Positions 1-9,984 of a stretch of 64,000 nt of DNA are shown here, piece after piece (within the stretch, counting starts at the first letter, position 1; every line of letters starts with the position of its first letter). The stretch covers positions 3,170-67,169 of the forward strand of contig PBPC01000073.1 of NCBI GenBank assembly GCA_002724575.1, in the 5' to 3' direction. Source of the stretch: Gemmatimonadota bacterium (GTDB lineage Bacteria > Gemmatimonadota > Gemmatimonadetes > Longimicrobiales > Gaopeijiaceae). The notes below the pieces were generated by a model, which was not told the DNA's origin, ran no database searches, and saw only the letters and a list, made by a program, of their open reading frames with translations. Position numbers and translations under genes: made by a program.

Positions 1-323
1 AGCATGAGGCGCTCACGAGGACCATTCGGGCCATCTACCTGGATTCGTGCGAGAGGGACATTCTGGAAGAAACCGTTGTCTCCAGCAGGATCTAACCCAT
101 ACCTCTCTAACTCATTTGCGAGGAAAAGTGCCGCTTTGGTCGAACCGGGCGTACCAGTTTTTCGGCCCTGCATCGAGTCGGAAGCTAGGATAGACAGAAG
201 TTGTTCAAGCCGTTCCGCCCTTGTGAGCATATCATCAGACAAGTCGTTACTTGCATCCGGGATCTCAGCGCATGCTGACACCAATGCAAGTGATAACGCC
301 GGGATTACGAGCTCGATGCGCAT
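1..323 (-). CDS. M28-family aminopeptidase-like lipoprotein, N-terminal part (the gene runs off the left edge)
   Basis: Absent from the ORF track because it is truncated. Reverse-strand translation from the ATG at 323-321 gives MRIELVIPALSLALVSACAEIPDASNDLSDDMLTRAERLEQLLSILASDSMQGRKTGTPGSTKAALFLANELERYGLDPAGDNGFFQNVPLARIQ. It has a lipobox (LVSAC). The MxGRxTGTPG...AAxFLxxEL..GL.PAG stretch is typical of M28 peptidase N-termini. It explains away the + ORF at 4..378. Confidence 0.55.
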   Translation of the reverse strand, partial: MRIELVIPALSLALVSACAEIPDASNDLSDDMLTRAERLEQLLSILASDSMQGRKTGTPGSTKAALFLANELERYGLDPAGDNGFFQNVPLARIQVDGPNGPRERLM

Positions 324-472
324 AGTGACTCCAGGTCCATATGAAGATCCTGTCAACTTGGTTATATCAGACTGGTAAAGATACCCTAATCTGAGGGGTT
401 CACGCTCCGAAGACCCCCGGTTAAGTTACGCGGCCGTTCAGTAGCGGGTCCGGCCGTATCGTGGAGTCGAAG

Positions 473-826
473 ATGACAGATGTATTAAAGCAAATAGAGA
501 AAGAAGAGTCGCGCGACTCCGTCCCCGATTTTGGACCTGGTGACACTATTCGTGTGCTCTACTTAGTGCGTGAGGGTACCAAAGAACGCATTCAGGCATT
601 CGAAGGTGTATGCATCAGTCGTAAGGGCGGAGGGCTCGACGAGACATTCACTGTTCGAAAAATTTCCGGTGGTGTCGCTGTCGAGCGGATTTTCCCGCTT
701 CAGGCTCCGACTGTGACTGGTGTGGAAGTCGTAAGAAGAGGACGTGTCCGACGTGCGAAGCTTTATTACCTCCGGGGGCGGCGTGGTAAATCCGCCCGGA
801 TACAGGAGAAACGCCAAGCGCGTTGA
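473..826 (+). CDS. rplS: 50S ribosomal protein L19
   Basis: [12 protein letters not shown]...[57 protein letters not shown] is a canonical L19 sequence. GGAG at 463-466 lies 6 nt before the ATG at 473; the ORF-track GTG at 461 is probably too early. Confidence 0.95.
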   Translation: MTDVLKQIEKEESRDSVPDFGPGDTIRVLYLVREGTKERIQAFEGVCISRKGGGLDETFTVRKISGGVAVERIFPLQAPTVTGVEVVRRGRVRRAKLYYLRGRRGKSARIQEKRQAR

Positions 827-829
827 CCA

Positions 830-1477
830 GTGGGCAGGATGAAGCCAGATACTCAAGAATTTGAGTCCCTGGCGGATGCGCTCGCTTACGAGAGTCTTTT
901 CTGGAGCAAGGGCCTTTCGGTCGCAGGTGTCGACGAAGCTGGACGAGGTCCGCTTGCTGGGCCCGTTATCGCTGCAGCAGTTGTGCTTCCCGAAGGTGTT
1001 CAGGTAGAAAGAGCGGGGGACTCAAAAAAGCTTTCGCGTACGCTCCGAGAAGAGCTATATGATGAAATTCTTGCCAAGGCTTTATCGGTAGGTATCGGAA
1101 CTGGATCAGTTCAGGAGATTGATAAGCACAATATCCTGAATACTACGACCCTAGCTATGAATCGGGCATTGACCGAGCTGAGTGAGGAGCCGGGGCATGT
1201 TGTTGTTGATGGACTACCGGTTAAGAAACTGGAATGGCAACATGAAGCGGTGGTGGGTGGTGATGGCTTGGTCCATTCAATAGGGTGTGCTTCGATAGTC
1301 GCTAAAGTTACCAGGGACCGACTGATGGACAGGCTAGCACTTCGCTACCCTGGATACAGCTGGGAAAAGAATGCGGGATATGGTACGGCTGCGCATAGAG
1401 CTGCTATTAAGAAATTAGGACTTACTCCGCATCACCGGATTACGTTTGGTGGCCTACAGTATGAGTTGGATGTTTAA
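830..1477 (+). CDS. rnhB: Ribonuclease HII
   Basis: VAGVDEAGRGPLAGPVIAAAVVL matches the RNase HII active-site motif. The length is about 215 aa and rplS-rnhB is a common pairing. The start is either GTG 830 or ATG 839. Confidence 0.93.
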   Translation: MGRMKPDTQEFESLADALAYESLFWSKGLSVAGVDEAGRGPLAGPVIAAAVVLPEGVQVERAGDSKKLSRTLREELYDEILAKALSVGIGTGSVQEIDKHNILNTTTLAMNRALTELSEEPGHVVVDGLPVKKLEWQHEAVVGGDGLVHSIGCASIVAKVTRDRLMDRLALRYPGYSWEKNAGYGTAAHRAAIKKLGLTPHHRITFGGLQYELDV

Positions 1478-1567
1478 CAGGACTTTGAGACTCAGCTGAA
1501 CCGGGATAGAAGAAAGTAATAGGTGTCGAATACTTCACGATGAGCCAGAGCGCTCTATCTTCTTGAT

Positions 1568-1640
<73 letters not shown>

Positions 1641-1737
1641 TAGCAATGTCAGGACCGAGATTTGGGTTGCGTATGCATGTAGGGCTGTGGGATGTTGCTT
1701 GCCCCGCTCGTGAAGAATGCAGGAGGAGGGTTAATCG

Positions 1738-3465
1738 ATGAGTCTCAAATTTGGTCGTCCATGCCTAGAAGCATCTCTTAATTTGGTGCTTTATCCTCTG
1801 ATCGTAGTGGCGTTGTGGATTTGCTTCACGCCTGGTTCAGTGGTGGCTCAGGGGGAATGGGCAGCACACGGCCGTGACTTGGCTGAGACGCGTTATAGCC
1901 CGCTCAATCAGATCGATACCGAAAACGTAGGCCGTCTTGAAATTGCCTGGACCTGGGATATACCAAAAGCAGGAGCTCGGCTTGAGACAACACCTCTGGT
2001 TGTGGATGGGGTGATTTATGGAACCGGACCTCTGAGTTTTGTGTTCGCTCTAGATGCACGAACAGGTGAAGAGAAATGGAGCTGGGATCCTGCGATTCCC
2101 GATGCACGCCATGGAGGTCCAGGGGCTTGTTGTGGGAATGTAAACCGAGGAGTGGCCCTTCATGGAGACAAGGTCTTCGTCGGATTGCTTGATGGCCGAC
2201 TGGTCGCATTGAATCGAGAGTCTGGTACGGTTGAGTGGACTGTGCAGACAACTCCTGCCGGATCAGACTATACGATTACTGGTGCCCCGCGTGTTGCTGG
2301 GGATAAGGTGATTATCGGTAACGGTGGTGCAGAGTACGGCGTCCGAGGATATGTGACAGCATATGATGTTGAGAGGGGTGATCAGATTTGGCGCACTTAT
2401 ACTGTGCCAGGTAACCCCGCAGATGGTTTTGAGGATGAAGCAATGAGGGTTGCTGCAGATACCTGGACTGGCAATTGGTGGATCGCTGGAGGAGGAGGCA
2501 CCGTTTGGGACGCGATAGTTTATGACGAAACCGCGAACCTTTTATACCTAGGAACTGGGAACGGGGCTCCGTGGAACCGAGAGTACCGTAGCCCAGGTGG
2601 CGGAGATAACCTTTACCTGTCATCTATCGTCGCCCTGAACGCAGATAACGGTGAGTACGTTTGGCACTATCAAACGACTCCAGGTGACGATTGGGACTAC
2701 ACCGCGACCCAACCTCTGATGTTGCTAGATCTTGAGATTGAAGGTGAGGTTCGCAAAGTGATTGTTCAGGCTCCAAAGAATGGCTTTTTCTATGTTGTTG
2801 ATCGAATTACTGGTGAGCTTATTTCGGCAGAGGCTTTTGCTGATGACTTAACCTGGGCCACCCATGTGGACCTTCAGACGGGTCGTCCTGTTGAGTCGCC
2901 TGAGGCACGATATGGGATGAACCGGAGAGGAGCGTGGCTATCACCCGGTCCCACCGGTGCCCATAACTGGCGCCCAATGGCATGGAATCCACTCACCGGC
3001 CTGATTTATCTGCCTGCTCAGAACAACACTTACTACTACCAGATGGCAGAGCAATTGGAGTACACTCCGGGTCGGTGGAACACTGGAACAGGTCGGGGCG
3101 GAAGTGAGCAGAGGCCTGAGCGTCCTCAGCTCACGGGACCATCTACACTTTTGCTTGCGTGGGATCCCGCTACTAATCGTGAAGCTTGGCGAGCCCCATC
3201 AGCTGGAGGAAACGGCGGGACCCTTTCGACAGGGGGTAATCTAACGTTTTGGGGTACCGGATCTAACCTTGTTGCGCTGGATGCCCGAAGTGGTGAACAG
3301 GTTTGGTCCTTTGAGGTCGGTCGTGGGACAGCGACGCCAATCACATATTCGATTGATGGGCGTCAGTATATCACCATTGCTGCTGGCATGGGTGCCCAGA
3401 ACCTACCACCGCGAATTTGGACATTCTCCGTTGAAGAGAGTGTTAGATCATTAAATGGAAACTGA
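1738..3465 (+). CDS. PQQ-dependent (quinoprotein) alcohol/methanol-family dehydrogenase, exported
   Basis: Has an N-terminal signal peptide, then ...RYSPLNQIDTENVGRLEIAWTW. The vicinal Cys pair GACCGNVNRG and the catalytic-Asp motif TPGDDWDYTA align to MxaF TPHDEWDYAG. A strong SD (AGGAGGAGGG) precedes the ATG. Confidence 0.9.
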   Translation: MSLKFGRPCLEASLNLVLYPLIVVALWICFTPGSVVAQGEWAAHGRDLAETRYSPLNQIDTENVGRLEIAWTWDIPKAGARLETTPLVVDGVIYGTGPLSFVFALDARTGEEKWSWDPAIPDARHGGPGACCGNVNRGVALHGDKVFVGLLDGRLVALNRESGTVEWTVQTTPAGSDYTITGAPRVAGDKVIIGNGGAEYGVRGYVTAYDVERGDQIWRTYTVPGNPADGFEDEAMRVAADTWTGNWWIAGGGGTVWDAIVYDETANLLYLGTGNGAPWNREYRSPGGGDNLYLSSIVALNADNGEYVWHYQTTPGDDWDYTATQPLMLLDLEIEGEVRKVIVQAPKNGFFYVVDRITGELISAEAFADDLTWATHVDLQTGRPVESPEARYGMNRRGAWLSPGPTGAHNWRPMAWNPLTGLIYLPAQNNTYYYQMAEQLEYTPGRWNTGTGRGGSEQRPERPQLTGPSTLLLAWDPATNREAWRAPSAGGNGGTLSTGGNLTFWGTGSNLVALDARSGEQVWSFEVGRGTATPITYSIDGRQYITIAAGMGAQNLPPRIWTFSVEESVRSLNGN

Positions 3466-3479
3466 TGAAAATATGCCCC

Positions 3480-5780
3480 TCAATTCTCAGGTCTCAATAA
3501 CAATCTGAATGCCTCGTTAGCCTCGACAGCTTCTCTGCTAAACGAGAGAGGGAAGTATTCCTGATTCGCCCAACTCTCGGTGAGGTTGCCGTAAAAAGGG
3601 CTGCCCGGACGTTCGGACTGTCCCGGTGCGATAGTCGCCACCGAAGCATCAAGGTCAGCAAAGTCTATGACCTCACGAAATGTGGCTCCTGTTGCTGCAA
3701 CAGTTCCAGCTCCACCCAAACGTTCAGCTTCAGGGAGATCGTAAGCGGATACTAGCGAATGTGGAAACTCGCTACGGTGCGTGCGACCCCATCGCCATTG
3801 AGATGGGTCATCCCCCTGCTCCTCGCTGAGCATACGGACGGCTGTCGCTAGTGCCTCTTCAAGGTTGACATCAGAGCGTGCGCCGCCTTGTCCACCACCC
3901 AAGACCCGACGAAGGTGGCCAAAGATAGCCGGTGCACGATCTTCCCTCCGGAAGACAGCGTCCCATTCCACGAGTTCTCTACGGTACTGCTCTAGGACAG
4001 GATCCTCAGCTGTCCAACCGCGGAATGGTTCTAGTGTTTGAGCAGCGGATGCCAAGAATGCGTCGTGCTGTAAGTCCTTGGAGTCTTGTACCGTAAAATT
4101 GCTTCCGCTCGATAACACATCAGCTACGCGTTCGAAGCGAGCAAATGGGCCTTGTCTTTTGAAGAACAGTGGCGGGTCATACCCTTCCGGATGGATGTCG
4201 TGGTTTGCTGTCGCGACCCAACCTCGTTCAGGATTGAACTCACGAGGGAGATCGTCTCGAAAGCCGCTCCACTCGTATCCGCCTGTTCCCGGAACCGGAA
4301 GCCTTCCATGCCATCCTTCACGTTTTGGAGATAGCGCTGATGCTTGCCAGGCGATGTTACCATCAGCGTCACCACAGATCATGTTCTCAGTTGGTGCAAA
4401 CCAGTAGTCCAACTCATCAAGGAATACCGAGCAGTTTGAAGCCACATTCAGGCGGAGAGCGGGCAGATAGCCAGTACTCCCAGGCTCGTGCATTGTCGAA
4501 CGTATGGAATAGGCTTTCAAATTCTCGGTGTCTTCAAAGAATACAGGTCCGTGACGAGAGAACTTGAGTTCCAAGATTTCTGGTTCGTCTCCAAGTACTT
4601 GAATCGTGTCATATTCAATTCGTAACGGCTCCCAAGTATCCCCAGAGCGCACTTCGTTCTGATTGCTTGGGTTCACATCTTCGATGTAGACATCTGATTG
4701 GTCAGTACCAACGATGGTAAGACCCCATGCGATGCGCCCATTGTGTCCGATAGCAACTCCAGGTAGCACTGGCTCTGTTGATCCGATTGCCGTCCAGCCG
4801 GGAGCATCAAGGTGCACCATGTAACGTAGGGAAGGATTACTAACCCCTCGATGGGGATCGTTCGCAACTATTACCTCACCGCTCGCAGTCAGAGATCCGC
4901 TAATTGCCCAATTATTACTGCCAGGGGAAGTTTCCCGAGCCCCTAAGTTCATGGACACTTCGGCGTCGCTCCACGTGTCGTAGGGGGATACGAGATCAGG
5001 TCGTACTATCGTTCCCCTAAAGCCAGAGAGACCTGAGACGACATCGTTCCCAATGATTGAGTAATCTACTCCGACCGGAGCAGTTAAGTCTCGGTACGGA
5101 CTAGGGCGTGCTTCACTGTTCGCTTGCTCCGTCCCGACCTCTGCGACCCGTCTCGCCAATGACAGTTCTCTGCGTGCGTCTCCGGTCGGCATAGCAGTTG
5201 CGATCCGCAACAGCGGTGTTTCGACAGACCAAAGATCAGGCTGTAGTCCTGTGAGCTCGAACTCTACGGGGAGTTCACCAGCTTCTGTTGCATAGTGAAT
5301 GTATGCGTTCACCCCTGATGAGAAGGCTTCCAGTATGCGGCGCCCTTCAGGATGGTAGCTACTAAATTCCTCGTCCGTCCACGGTCCTCTGTACTTGATT
5401 AGCCTGGCGATACGGTCGTGTTCAAGTGCCCCAGACCCAAAGATTTCTGCGAGGCGTCCTTCGCCTGCCCGCCGATACATGTCCATCTGCCATAATCTGT
5501 CCTGCGCCTGTATGAATCCCTGCGCTAGAAATAGGTCATCAAGGTCGTCGGCGTATATATGTGGGACACCCCAGGAATCCCGAATCACTTCAACTTCAGA
5601 CTTGAGGCCGGGAACCACGATCGCACCGTCAATCTTGGGAAGATGCTTATCTGCTAGACTCTGAAAGTCAGTTGGAATCTGCTCACAGGCTACGGTGCTG
5701 AGAAGTATTACTACAGTGAGTATCACACGGTTTAGCGGGTGCTTGTAACCTATAGAGGCCAAACGGATGGGTGTGCGCAT
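3480..5780 (-). CDS. Penicillin acylase / acyl-homoserine-lactone acylase family protein (Ntn hydrolase, S45), exported
   Basis: GSNNWAISG carries the Ntn nucleophile Ser motif. About 765 aa with a signal/anchor segment, RDSWGVPHIYA and FLAQGFIQAQDRLWQMD. The ATG at 5780 follows GGGAGGA; the track's TTG at 5792 overlaps that SD. Confidence 0.88.
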   Translation of the reverse strand: MRTPIRLASIGYKHPLNRVILTVVILLSTVACEQIPTDFQSLADKHLPKIDGAIVVPGLKSEVEVIRDSWGVPHIYADDLDDLFLAQGFIQAQDRLWQMDMYRRAGEGRLAEIFGSGALEHDRIARLIKYRGPWTDEEFSSYHPEGRRILEAFSSGVNAYIHYATEAGELPVEFELTGLQPDLWSVETPLLRIATAMPTGDARRELSLARRVAEVGTEQANSEARPSPYRDLTAPVGVDYSIIGNDVVSGLSGFRGTIVRPDLVSPYDTWSDAEVSMNLGARETSPGSNNWAISGSLTASGEVIVANDPHRGVSNPSLRYMVHLDAPGWTAIGSTEPVLPGVAIGHNGRIAWGLTIVGTDQSDVYIEDVNPSNQNEVRSGDTWEPLRIEYDTIQVLGDEPEILELKFSRHGPVFFEDTENLKAYSIRSTMHEPGSTGYLPALRLNVASNCSVFLDELDYWFAPTENMICGDADGNIAWQASALSPKREGWHGRLPVPGTGGYEWSGFRDDLPREFNPERGWVATANHDIHPEGYDPPLFFKRQGPFARFERVADVLSSGSNFTVQDSKDLQHDAFLASAAQTLEPFRGWTAEDPVLEQYRRELVEWDAVFRREDRAPAIFGHLRRVLGGGQGGARSDVNLEEALATAVRMLSEEQGDDPSQWRWGRTHRSEFPHSLVSAYDLPEAERLGGAGTVAATGATFREVIDFADLDASVATIAPGQSERPGSPFYGNLTESWANQEYFPLSFSREAVEANEAFRLLLRPEN

Positions 5781-6114
5781 TAATCCTCCCAAAGGGTGCT
5801 GGGAGCGCCCCAGCTCTTCATAGTCCTTCTTCAGTATAAAGTGTATTACAGCAAAGGTATGTGCGGTTATGAGTTGTGGGAAAGAAGAGAGGACCCATCT
5901 CTCACCAACTCCGCAATCTTTCAGTTTAACTTCTATTTACGGATGCTATCGGTAGCAGATACTAATCATCGATACGGCTTACTTCCGAGATCCTTAAGTA
6001 CGCAACTCAATCGGATCTTCGCATGAATCCTTGACGCGGGTACTGGGCGTGCTTACCAATTGCCATCGGTTGCATGCAGTTCTGGGGGTCCCGAGAGGAT
6101 GGGAAGCTCAGACC

Positions 6115-6231
6115 GAGGAGATTGAACATATGACAAACTCTGTTGCGCTAGGGGTAGGGTTAAGGATGCTTAACCTGCTCTCCCTTACTTTGCCCCAGGA
6201 GGGGGCGCCCAGCTGGGACCTTACCGGATAA
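6115..6231 (+). promoter_or_regulatory. Candidate leader mini-ORF (33 codons, Leu-rich) with SD, upstream of leuA
   Basis: GAGGAG at 6115-6120, 9 nt spacer, then ATG at 6130. The product is MTNSVALGVGLRMLNLLSLTLPQEGAPSWDLTG, with stop at 6229-6231. It has 8 Leu, 5 of them within codons 14-21. This is a hypothesis only. Confidence 0.3.
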
Positions 6232-6258
6232 CCTGACCGGAACGGAGCCAGATAGGCG

Positions 6259-6292
6259 GCGGGCCCTCTCCAGAGAGGGCCCGCTTCTTTTT
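6259..6292 (+). terminator. Strong rho-independent terminator-like hairpin 26 nt upstream of the leuA ATG (candidate attenuator or sRNA terminator)
   Basis: GCGGGCCCTCTC-CA-GAGAGGGCCCGC forms a perfect 12-bp inverted repeat (the innermost pairs must open to form a loop) and is followed by TTCTTTTT. The T-tract is on the + strand only. Confidence 0.8.
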
Positions 6293-6318
6293 CAGGCCTA
6301 CCGTGCGAATCGATTCTT

Positions 6319-7872
6319 ATGGCTCAAATCAAAATTTTTGACACGACACTCCGAGATGGGGAACAGTCCCCTGGCGCGAGTATGACGGCATCTGAGAAAA
6401 TTCGGATGGCTCATGAGCTTGAGGACTTGGGTGTCGACATAATTGAAGCAGGATTCGCGGCTAGCTCATCCGATGAAGTAAGGGCGATCAGGGATATCTC
6501 GAGGGAAATCAAAACCCCAGTCATAACAGCTCTCGCACGTGCAAATGAGGGGGATGTCATAGCGGCAGCAAAGTCGCTTCAAGAGGCTGAAAATCCTCGT
6601 ATCCATGTTTTCATCGCTACTTCTAGTACTCACCTAGAGCGAAAGCTAGGGATCAATCGTGGTGAATGTATTGACCGGGCTGTGGAGTCTATCCGTCTTG
6701 CTACGAGCTATGTGGAGGATGTGGAATTTAGTGCTGAGGACGCCACTCGTACTGATCTAGATTTCTTGACTGAAGTTGTTAGGGCGGCCGTTCAAGCTGG
6801 GGCCGGAACAATCAATTTGCCCGATACGGTAGGTTATGCACTGCCGTTTGAGATTCATTTAATGATAGAGGAACTGAAGTCGCGATTACCTGAGTTGGAT
6901 CAGTGCACATTAAGCGTACACTGTCATGATGATCTCGGCCTTGCGGTAGCAAACTCATTGGCAGGAATTGCTGCCGGTGCACGCCAAGTCGAGTGCACAG
7001 TTAATGGTATCGGAGAACGGGCTGGGAATGCGGCTCTTGAGGAGATCGTGATGGGCCTCAGGGTTCGTGAGGACGAACTTGATCATCATACTGGTGTGCG
7101 TAGCGACCGCCTGTACCGTGCTAGTCGCTTGCTTTCGTATCTCACTGGCATCCATCCTCAACCCAATAAAGCGATTGTCGGGCGGAACGCGTTTGCCCAT
7201 GAGGCTGGCATTCATCAGCACGGAGTCCTTAAGGATCCCAGTACCTATGAAATAATGACTCCGGAGATGGTTGGAGTGCCGCAGAGCAAACTAGTTCTCG
7301 GCAAACACTCGGGACGGCACGGATTGGAGGCGCGACTCCGGGAGCTTGGGTATAGCCTAGAGCCGGAGGAACTCGATAGGGTTGCAGCTAGTTTCAAGGA
7401 ACTCGCAGATCAAAAGAAAGAGATCCTTGATGAGGATATTATTTCGATCCTTAATCATGGCGTCATGGAGGACGTTCCTGAGGCGTATCGGATTGATAAC
7501 TTGGAAGTTACATGCGGCAGTGAACTTTCAAGGGCTACGATCGCTGTCCTTGACGAAAATGGTATTCCGCGGATCGCTGAAGGGGAAGGAGACGGCCCGA
7601 TTGCTGCGGTGTTTGCTGCAGCGGACACGCTTCACGATTTTAAGGTTGTACTTGAAGAGTTCGAGATCCGTGCAACCACTCCAGGTCGGGATGCTGTCGG
7701 AGAAGTGACCATTAGTGCACGTGTCGATGGTCAAACCTTCACGGGAAGGGGTGGGTCTACAGATGTCGTACTAGCTTCGGCCCAAGCCTATGTACACGTG
7801 CTTAATAAGGGAGTTCAGGCTCGTGAGCTCGAAGCGCGACACTTCGCTGCAAGAACCGACTGGGGTGTTTAA
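6319..7872 (+). CDS. leuA: 2-isopropylmalate synthase
   Basis: [23 protein letters not shown]..., [16 protein letters not shown] and a C-terminal LeuA dimerisation/regulatory domain; 517 aa. Confidence 0.96.
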   Translation: MAQIKIFDTTLRDGEQSPGASMTASEKIRMAHELEDLGVDIIEAGFAASSSDEVRAIRDISREIKTPVITALARANEGDVIAAAKSLQEAENPRIHVFIATSSTHLERKLGINRGECIDRAVESIRLATSYVEDVEFSAEDATRTDLDFLTEVVRAAVQAGAGTINLPDTVGYALPFEIHLMIEELKSRLPELDQCTLSVHCHDDLGLAVANSLAGIAAGARQVECTVNGIGERAGNAALEEIVMGLRVREDELDHHTGVRSDRLYRASRLLSYLTGIHPQPNKAIVGRNAFAHEAGIHQHGVLKDPSTYEIMTPEMVGVPQSKLVLGKHSGRHGLEARLRELGYSLEPEELDRVAASFKELADQKKEILDEDIISILNHGVMEDVPEAYRIDNLEVTCGSELSRATIAVLDENGIPRIAEGEGDGPIAAVFAAADTLHDFKVVLEEFEIRATTPGRDAVGEVTISARVDGQTFTGRGGSTDVVLASAQAYVHVLNKGVQARELEARHFAARTDWGV

Positions 7873-7877
7873 GCGAG

Positions 7878-9287
7878 GTGATCGCAAGCCCACCTAGTAC
7901 ACTCCTTGATAAGATCTGGAATAACCACCTAGTGCACTCGGATCCGGGTGCTCCGGATTTGCTGTATGTAGATCTTCATTTGCTCCATGAGGTTACTTCA
8001 GCACAGGCATTCGAAGGGTTGAAGGTTGCCGGCAGGACTGTCAGACGTCCTGACCTCTGCATGGCCACGGTTGATCACAACATACCTACGACAGATCGTT
8101 CCCTTCCTGTGCTAGACTCGATTGCTCGTGTTCAGATGGAAGTGTTGAGAGAAAATGCTCAAAGCCACGGCATCCGACTTTTTGATGTTGACGACGAACG
8201 GCAGGGCATTGTCCATGTCATCGGACCGGAGCTTGGGTTAACTCGTCCAGGGATGGTGATTGTCTGTGGTGATAGCCACACCTCCACTCATGGCGCGTTT
8301 GGTGCACTCTCGTTTGGGATTGGCACTTCAGAGGTTGAGCATGTGTTGGCAACACAGTGTATCCCACAGCGTAGACCCAAAGCGATGGAGATCCGGTTAG
8401 AGGGTGACCGTCCAGTGGGTATTTCTGCGAAGGACTTGATCCTAGCAATCATCGGCGAAGTCGGAGTTGCGGGTGCTGCGGGCCATGTCATTGAATACAC
8501 TGGTCCAGTGGTTGGATCTCTCTCTATGGAGGAGAGGATGACCATCTGTAATATGTCAATCGAGGCAGGCGCTCGGGCAGGGATGATCTCTCCAGACACA
8601 ACCACTTTTGAATATCTAAGAGACCGGGAATTCGGACCTAATTCGAATGATTTCGATGACCTGAAGACAGAATGGGAGACTCTTGAGACCGATGATGGAG
8701 CGATATTTGATAGAAGCGTGGTGATGGATATCGGTGACCTAGAACCCCAGGTAACCTGGGGAACAAATCCTGGAATGGTAACCGGAATATCTGGAGGAAT
8801 CCCGAATCCGGATAAGATTGAGGACGAAGAGATCCGGGATAGCGCAGAGAGAGCCTTGAAGTATATGGGACTTGAGCCTGGTACACCTATTGAATCAATA
8901 AATATAGACCGGGTGTTTGTTGGTTCTTGCACTAATGGGAGGTTGGAGGATCTTCGGGAGGTCGCCCGAATTGTGAATGGGAAACGTGTCCATTCTAGTG
9001 TACACGCAATGGTTGTTCCCGGCTCTACAGCTGTAAGGCGTCAGGCTGAGCTAGAGGGTCTCGATAGAGTATTTACAGCTGCGGGCTTTGAGTGGCGAGA
9101 AGCAGGGTGTTCGATGTGTATAGGGATGAATCCAGATACTCTTAGTGCTGGAGAGCGTTGTGCCTCAACAACCAATCGAAATTTTGAAGGTCGCCAGGGT
9201 CGCGGTGGTCGTACGCATCTGGTGAGTCCGGCGACAGCGGCTGCAACTGCTCTCGCCGGGCGGTTCACCGATCCCCGGAGCGGCTGA
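7878..9287 (+). CDS. leuC: 3-isopropylmalate dehydratase large subunit
   Basis: [26 protein letters not shown], and the Fe-S Cys residues in GSCTNGR and CSMCIGMN; 469 aa, directly after leuA. Confidence 0.96.
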   Translation: MIASPPSTLLDKIWNNHLVHSDPGAPDLLYVDLHLLHEVTSAQAFEGLKVAGRTVRRPDLCMATVDHNIPTTDRSLPVLDSIARVQMEVLRENAQSHGIRLFDVDDERQGIVHVIGPELGLTRPGMVIVCGDSHTSTHGAFGALSFGIGTSEVEHVLATQCIPQRRPKAMEIRLEGDRPVGISAKDLILAIIGEVGVAGAAGHVIEYTGPVVGSLSMEERMTICNMSIEAGARAGMISPDTTTFEYLRDREFGPNSNDFDDLKTEWETLETDDGAIFDRSVVMDIGDLEPQVTWGTNPGMVTGISGGIPNPDKIEDEEIRDSAERALKYMGLEPGTPIESINIDRVFVGSCTNGRLEDLREVARIVNGKRVHSSVHAMVVPGSTAVRRQAELEGLDRVFTAAGFEWREAGCSMCIGMNPDTLSAGERCASTTNRNFEGRQGRGGRTHLVSPATAAATALAGRFTDPRSG

Positions 9288-9292
9288 CAGTA

Positions 9293-9901
9293 ATGGAGCC
9301 ATTTCGACTGCATACTGGTGTGGTTGCACCTCTGGATCAGGCGGACATTGATACGGACCAGATTATACCAAAACAGTTCCTAAAGAGCGTATCTAGAGAG
9401 GGTTACGGAGATTTTCTTTTCCATGATTGGCGAACGGAAGAGGGTGGTGCAATCAATCCTGAATTCATATTGAACCGTGAGCCCTATAAAGGAGCCTCAA
9501 TACTCTTAACGGGGCGTAATTTTGGTTGTGGATCATCGCGAGAGCACGCAGCTTGGGCTTTGAAGGACTTCGGGTTCCGGGCAGTCTTGGCTCCGAGTTT
9601 TGCTGATATCTTTCGAGAGAACGCCGACCAGAATGGCCTAGCAGCTATCTCATTGGAAGAGAGCATCGTGAGAGAACTTCTAGCTCGGGCATATCGTGAA
9701 GAGCCCCTAAGCCTGACAGTAGACCTCGAACAGTGTACTGTCGCTGAATCCGATAAGCTCGTTGCTTGCTTTGAGATCGATGATTTCCGAAAGATGTGTC
9801 TTCTGGAGGGACTCGACCGGATAGGCCTGACACTCCGTCAAGCGGAAGCTATAAGCTTGTTTGAGCAGCAGCGCTGGCCGAACCGACCTGAGTCTCTCTA
9901 G
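9293..9901 (+). CDS. leuD: 3-isopropylmalate dehydratase small subunit
   Basis: DTDQIIPKQFLK, GRNFGCGSSREHAAWAL; 202 aa, 5 nt after leuC. Confidence 0.95.
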   Translation: MEPFRLHTGVVAPLDQADIDTDQIIPKQFLKSVSREGYGDFLFHDWRTEEGGAINPEFILNREPYKGASILLTGRNFGCGSSREHAAWALKDFGFRAVLAPSFADIFRENADQNGLAAISLEESIVRELLARAYREEPLSLTVDLEQCTVAESDKLVACFEIDDFRKMCLLEGLDRIGLTLRQAEAISLFEQQRWPNRPESL

Positions 9902-9984
9902 CATTTTCAATTTCTCTTGGCTTGGATGATAGGCCTTGAGAGCCTATCGTAGCAGCAACTGCCATCCAAGAGCATTCCGAGATC

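Noticed and set aside
4-378. Track ORF of 124 aa on the + strand at the left edge
   Set aside because: The product is Ser/Arg/Pro-rich and has no recognisable family. The opposite strand encodes a convincing lipoprotein N-terminus with M28-peptidase-like sequence starting at 323, so the + ORF is an antisense shadow.
5796-6231. Track ORFs of 76 aa (5796..6026) and 66 aa (6031..6231) in the acylase-leuA spacer, considered as protein genes
   Set aside because: The first starts at a non-ATG codon right at the divergent gene's start and has an odd composition. The second begins with TTG and has no SD. Only its last 33 codons, from ATG 6130 behind GAGGAG, look purposeful, and I treat those as a candidate leader peptide rather than a protein gene.
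6225-6256. CCTGACCGGAACGGAGCCAGATAGG resembles the conserved SRP (4.5S) RNA domain IV motif ...CAGGUCCGGAAGGAAGCAGCC...
   Set aside because: When I tried to fold it, the flanks did not form the required helix 8. After a two-pair CC/GG closure the symmetric-loop and flanking pairs are missing, and the GGAA loop has an extra C. No long 5'/3' closing helix is evident. This is probably a chance partial match, and an Rfam scan would settle it.
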